DNA of 55,732 nt, taken from positions 1 through 55,732 of IMG/VR virus record IMGVR_UViG_3300025769_000012; one strand, given 5' to 3'. Under the pieces are notes generated by a model that was not told where the DNA came from, did no database searches, and worked only from the letters and a program-made list of their open reading frames with translations. Positions 54,370 through 55,732 of this stretch are shown one piece after another; the stretch's first letter is position 1; each line of letters begins with the position of its first letter. The position numbers and the translations under genes were made by a program. This stretch comes from a virus (lineage: Duplodnaviria; Caudoviricetes).

Positions 54370-54594
54370 TTATGCTGCTGCGATAGTAGCGCCAGTGTCA
54401 GACCGCTTCCAATTGGTGCCGTCAGAGAATGCAAGAATTGCAGAACCTGCCGCGCCGTTAGAAACAAACACAAGCGTACCCGCGCCTGCCGAAGAAGCAG
54501 AAGGTGCATTTGCAACTGTATAGGTGGGAACTTTGATGTCGCCGATGAAGCCGTTAGTGGAAGTCACCGGACCGGAGAAAGTAGTTGAAGCCAT
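54370..54594 (-). CDS. Small structural (head-fibre-like) protein
   Basis: MASTTFSGPV..., AFSDGTNW; AGGGG RBS before the ATG at 54594. Confidence 0.75.
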   Translation of the reverse strand: MASTTFSGPVTSTNGFIGDIKVPTYTVANAPSASSAGAGTLVFVSNGAAGSAILAFSDGTNWKRSDTGATIAAA

Positions 54595-54600
54595 TTCGTA

Positions 54601-54685
54601 CCCCTTGCACAAGGTTTTGCTTCACAGTCCGTGCAATGTCAGGTGGGCTGATTCCTGTCTGCGAAGCTAATATGTTAAGCCCTAT
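54601..54685 (-). ncRNA. Candidate structured 5' leader RNA (possible pseudoknots)
   Basis: Four complementary segment pairs in about 85 nt of intergenic DNA, ending next to the RBS. Confidence 0.4.
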
Positions 54686-54709
54686 CGTGACTATAACTTA
54701 GCTTGAAAC

Positions 54710-54739
54710 AAAAAGAAAGGGGCCTCTTACGAGGCCCCT
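54710..54739 (-). terminator. Intrinsic terminator after the major capsid gene
   Basis: AGGGGCCTC-GTAA-GAGGCCCCT then TTCTTTTT. Confidence 0.9.
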
Positions 54740-54794
54740 AGTGCAGTCATCAGGGAGGTGGGTAATGAAAAACCCAACTCTCTTATACCACAGA

Positions 54795-55703
54795 TTACGC
54801 TGCGCCGGGAGTACCGAATACACAGCGCCAGTCAGAAACGCCGAAGCTGTAACGCTCACGCGCTTTGAAGCGCATGTTGCCGGTGTCAAAGTCCCCTTCC
54901 ATTGCCGTTTTGATTGGCGAACGGTTGAAGTATTTGAAGCCGTTAGGAGCGTCAGTCTTAATGAAGAACGCATCGGTGTCCGTCAGGAAGTGGTTAACCA
55001 CTGCACCTTCAGGAAGCATACCCATGGTCTTCATTGCGTTCAGATCGTTGTCCGCAGTGCCAGAGCGCAAGTTCGAGTTGATAACTCGTTCTGCGATGAA
55101 CTGAAGCTCTTTCGGAATGATGAGCTTCATGCCGCGTACAGCAATCTTCAGACCGCGTTCGTCAGTCAGACCCGCAATGTCGATTAGCATTTGCTCAAGC
55201 GAAGTTTCGTTGAGGTCAGCCGCAGTAGACAGCAAGTTACGCTGGTTACCAGACAAAGAGGGGTGAGCCGCCGAACAAAGCGCCGCGCCATCACCAACAG
55301 GGCTACCAGTGCTGAACGCGTTGTTCAGGATAGAAGCAGCCTTGATTTGCTTGGTCTGCGCCATAGAGCGAGCCAAAGCTTTAGTGTAGCGAGATGCGAG
55401 ACGATCATAAAGGTTATCTTCGATAGCCTCTTCAGTGATCGAGAACGCAAGCGCGATGGTTTCATGAGTGTAACGAGCAGTGTATGTCTCTTGTGCGTCG
55501 TCGAAACTGATGGCACCGCCTTCAGATTTCGTTGGCGCAGTCGAAAAACCACCGAGCATAACTTCCTCTTCAAAGGCACGGTCAGATGACTCCTCCTCAA
55601 AGACTTCAGAATGCTCATTCTCGTAACGGTTGTATTCGAGCCCGAACAAGGCATTAAGGCCGGGTTCCAGCTCTTTCGCTAGTTGTGCGCGAGAGATAGC
55701 CAT
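54795..55703 (-). CDS. Major capsid protein (gpT-like, HK97 fold)
   Basis: 302 aa; MAISRAQLAKELEPGLNALFG, ITEEAIEDNLY, KARERYSFG..DWR; AGGAGG RBS and terminator. Confidence 0.92.
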   Translation of the reverse strand: MAISRAQLAKELEPGLNALFGLEYNRYENEHSEVFEEESSDRAFEEEVMLGGFSTAPTKSEGGAISFDDAQETYTARYTHETIALAFSITEEAIEDNLYDRLASRYTKALARSMAQTKQIKAASILNNAFSTGSPVGDGAALCSAAHPSLSGNQRNLLSTAADLNETSLEQMLIDIAGLTDERGLKIAVRGMKLIIPKELQFIAERVINSNLRSGTADNDLNAMKTMGMLPEGAVVNHFLTDTDAFFIKTDAPNGFKYFNRSPIKTAMEGDFDTGNMRFKARERYSFGVSDWRCVFGTPGAA

Positions 55704-55732
55704 TGATTAAGCCCTCCTTAAATGCCGGTGGA
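55606..55732. repeat. Terminal direct repeat, copy 2
   Basis: Identical to 1-127. Confidence 0.97.

Noticed and set aside
54741-55187. Plus-strand ORF with a strong RBS antisense to the capsid gene
   Set aside because: No motif or plus-strand promoter seen; the RBS-like string is kept only as a possible anti-SD RNA.

Overview
The window is a complete, circularly permuted tailed-phage genome of about 55,605 bp; the last 127 nt repeat the first 127 nt, which is an assembler overlap. Almost all genes are on the minus strand. Modules: head (major capsid, decoration, scaffold, GroES, portal, TerL), lysis (M15 endolysin, 3-TM holin), a set of stand-alone early cassettes lying between terS and terL, a candidate origin, replication (PolA with Leu762, SF1 helicase, AEP primase, SSB-like, SNF2 helicase), podovirus-like internal/ejection proteins and tail genes. 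Gene content resembles marine HTVC023P/CRP-901-like phages of Alphaproteobacteria (inference only). I recognised no integrase, ParA/ParB, tRNA or CRISPR. Main unexplained signals: (1) a candidate trans-acting antisense RNA at about 18,775-18,843 whose two single-stranded segments are complementary, in the correct order, to a hairpin loop and an extended RBS shared by the early-gene leaders; (2) two perfect chromosomal-type parS palindromes just upstream of terL in a phage with no Par genes; (3) a membrane-anchored AlpA-type regulator carrying a synonymously recoded 14-aa copy of the capsid N-terminus; (4) a [FYM]xxGG tag shared by many virion proteins; (5) a Wnt/SAA-like (Lipocone) domain next to the portal; (6) DNA-identical junctions in the tail-fibre repeats. 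All protein family calls come from motif recognition by eye, not database searches.
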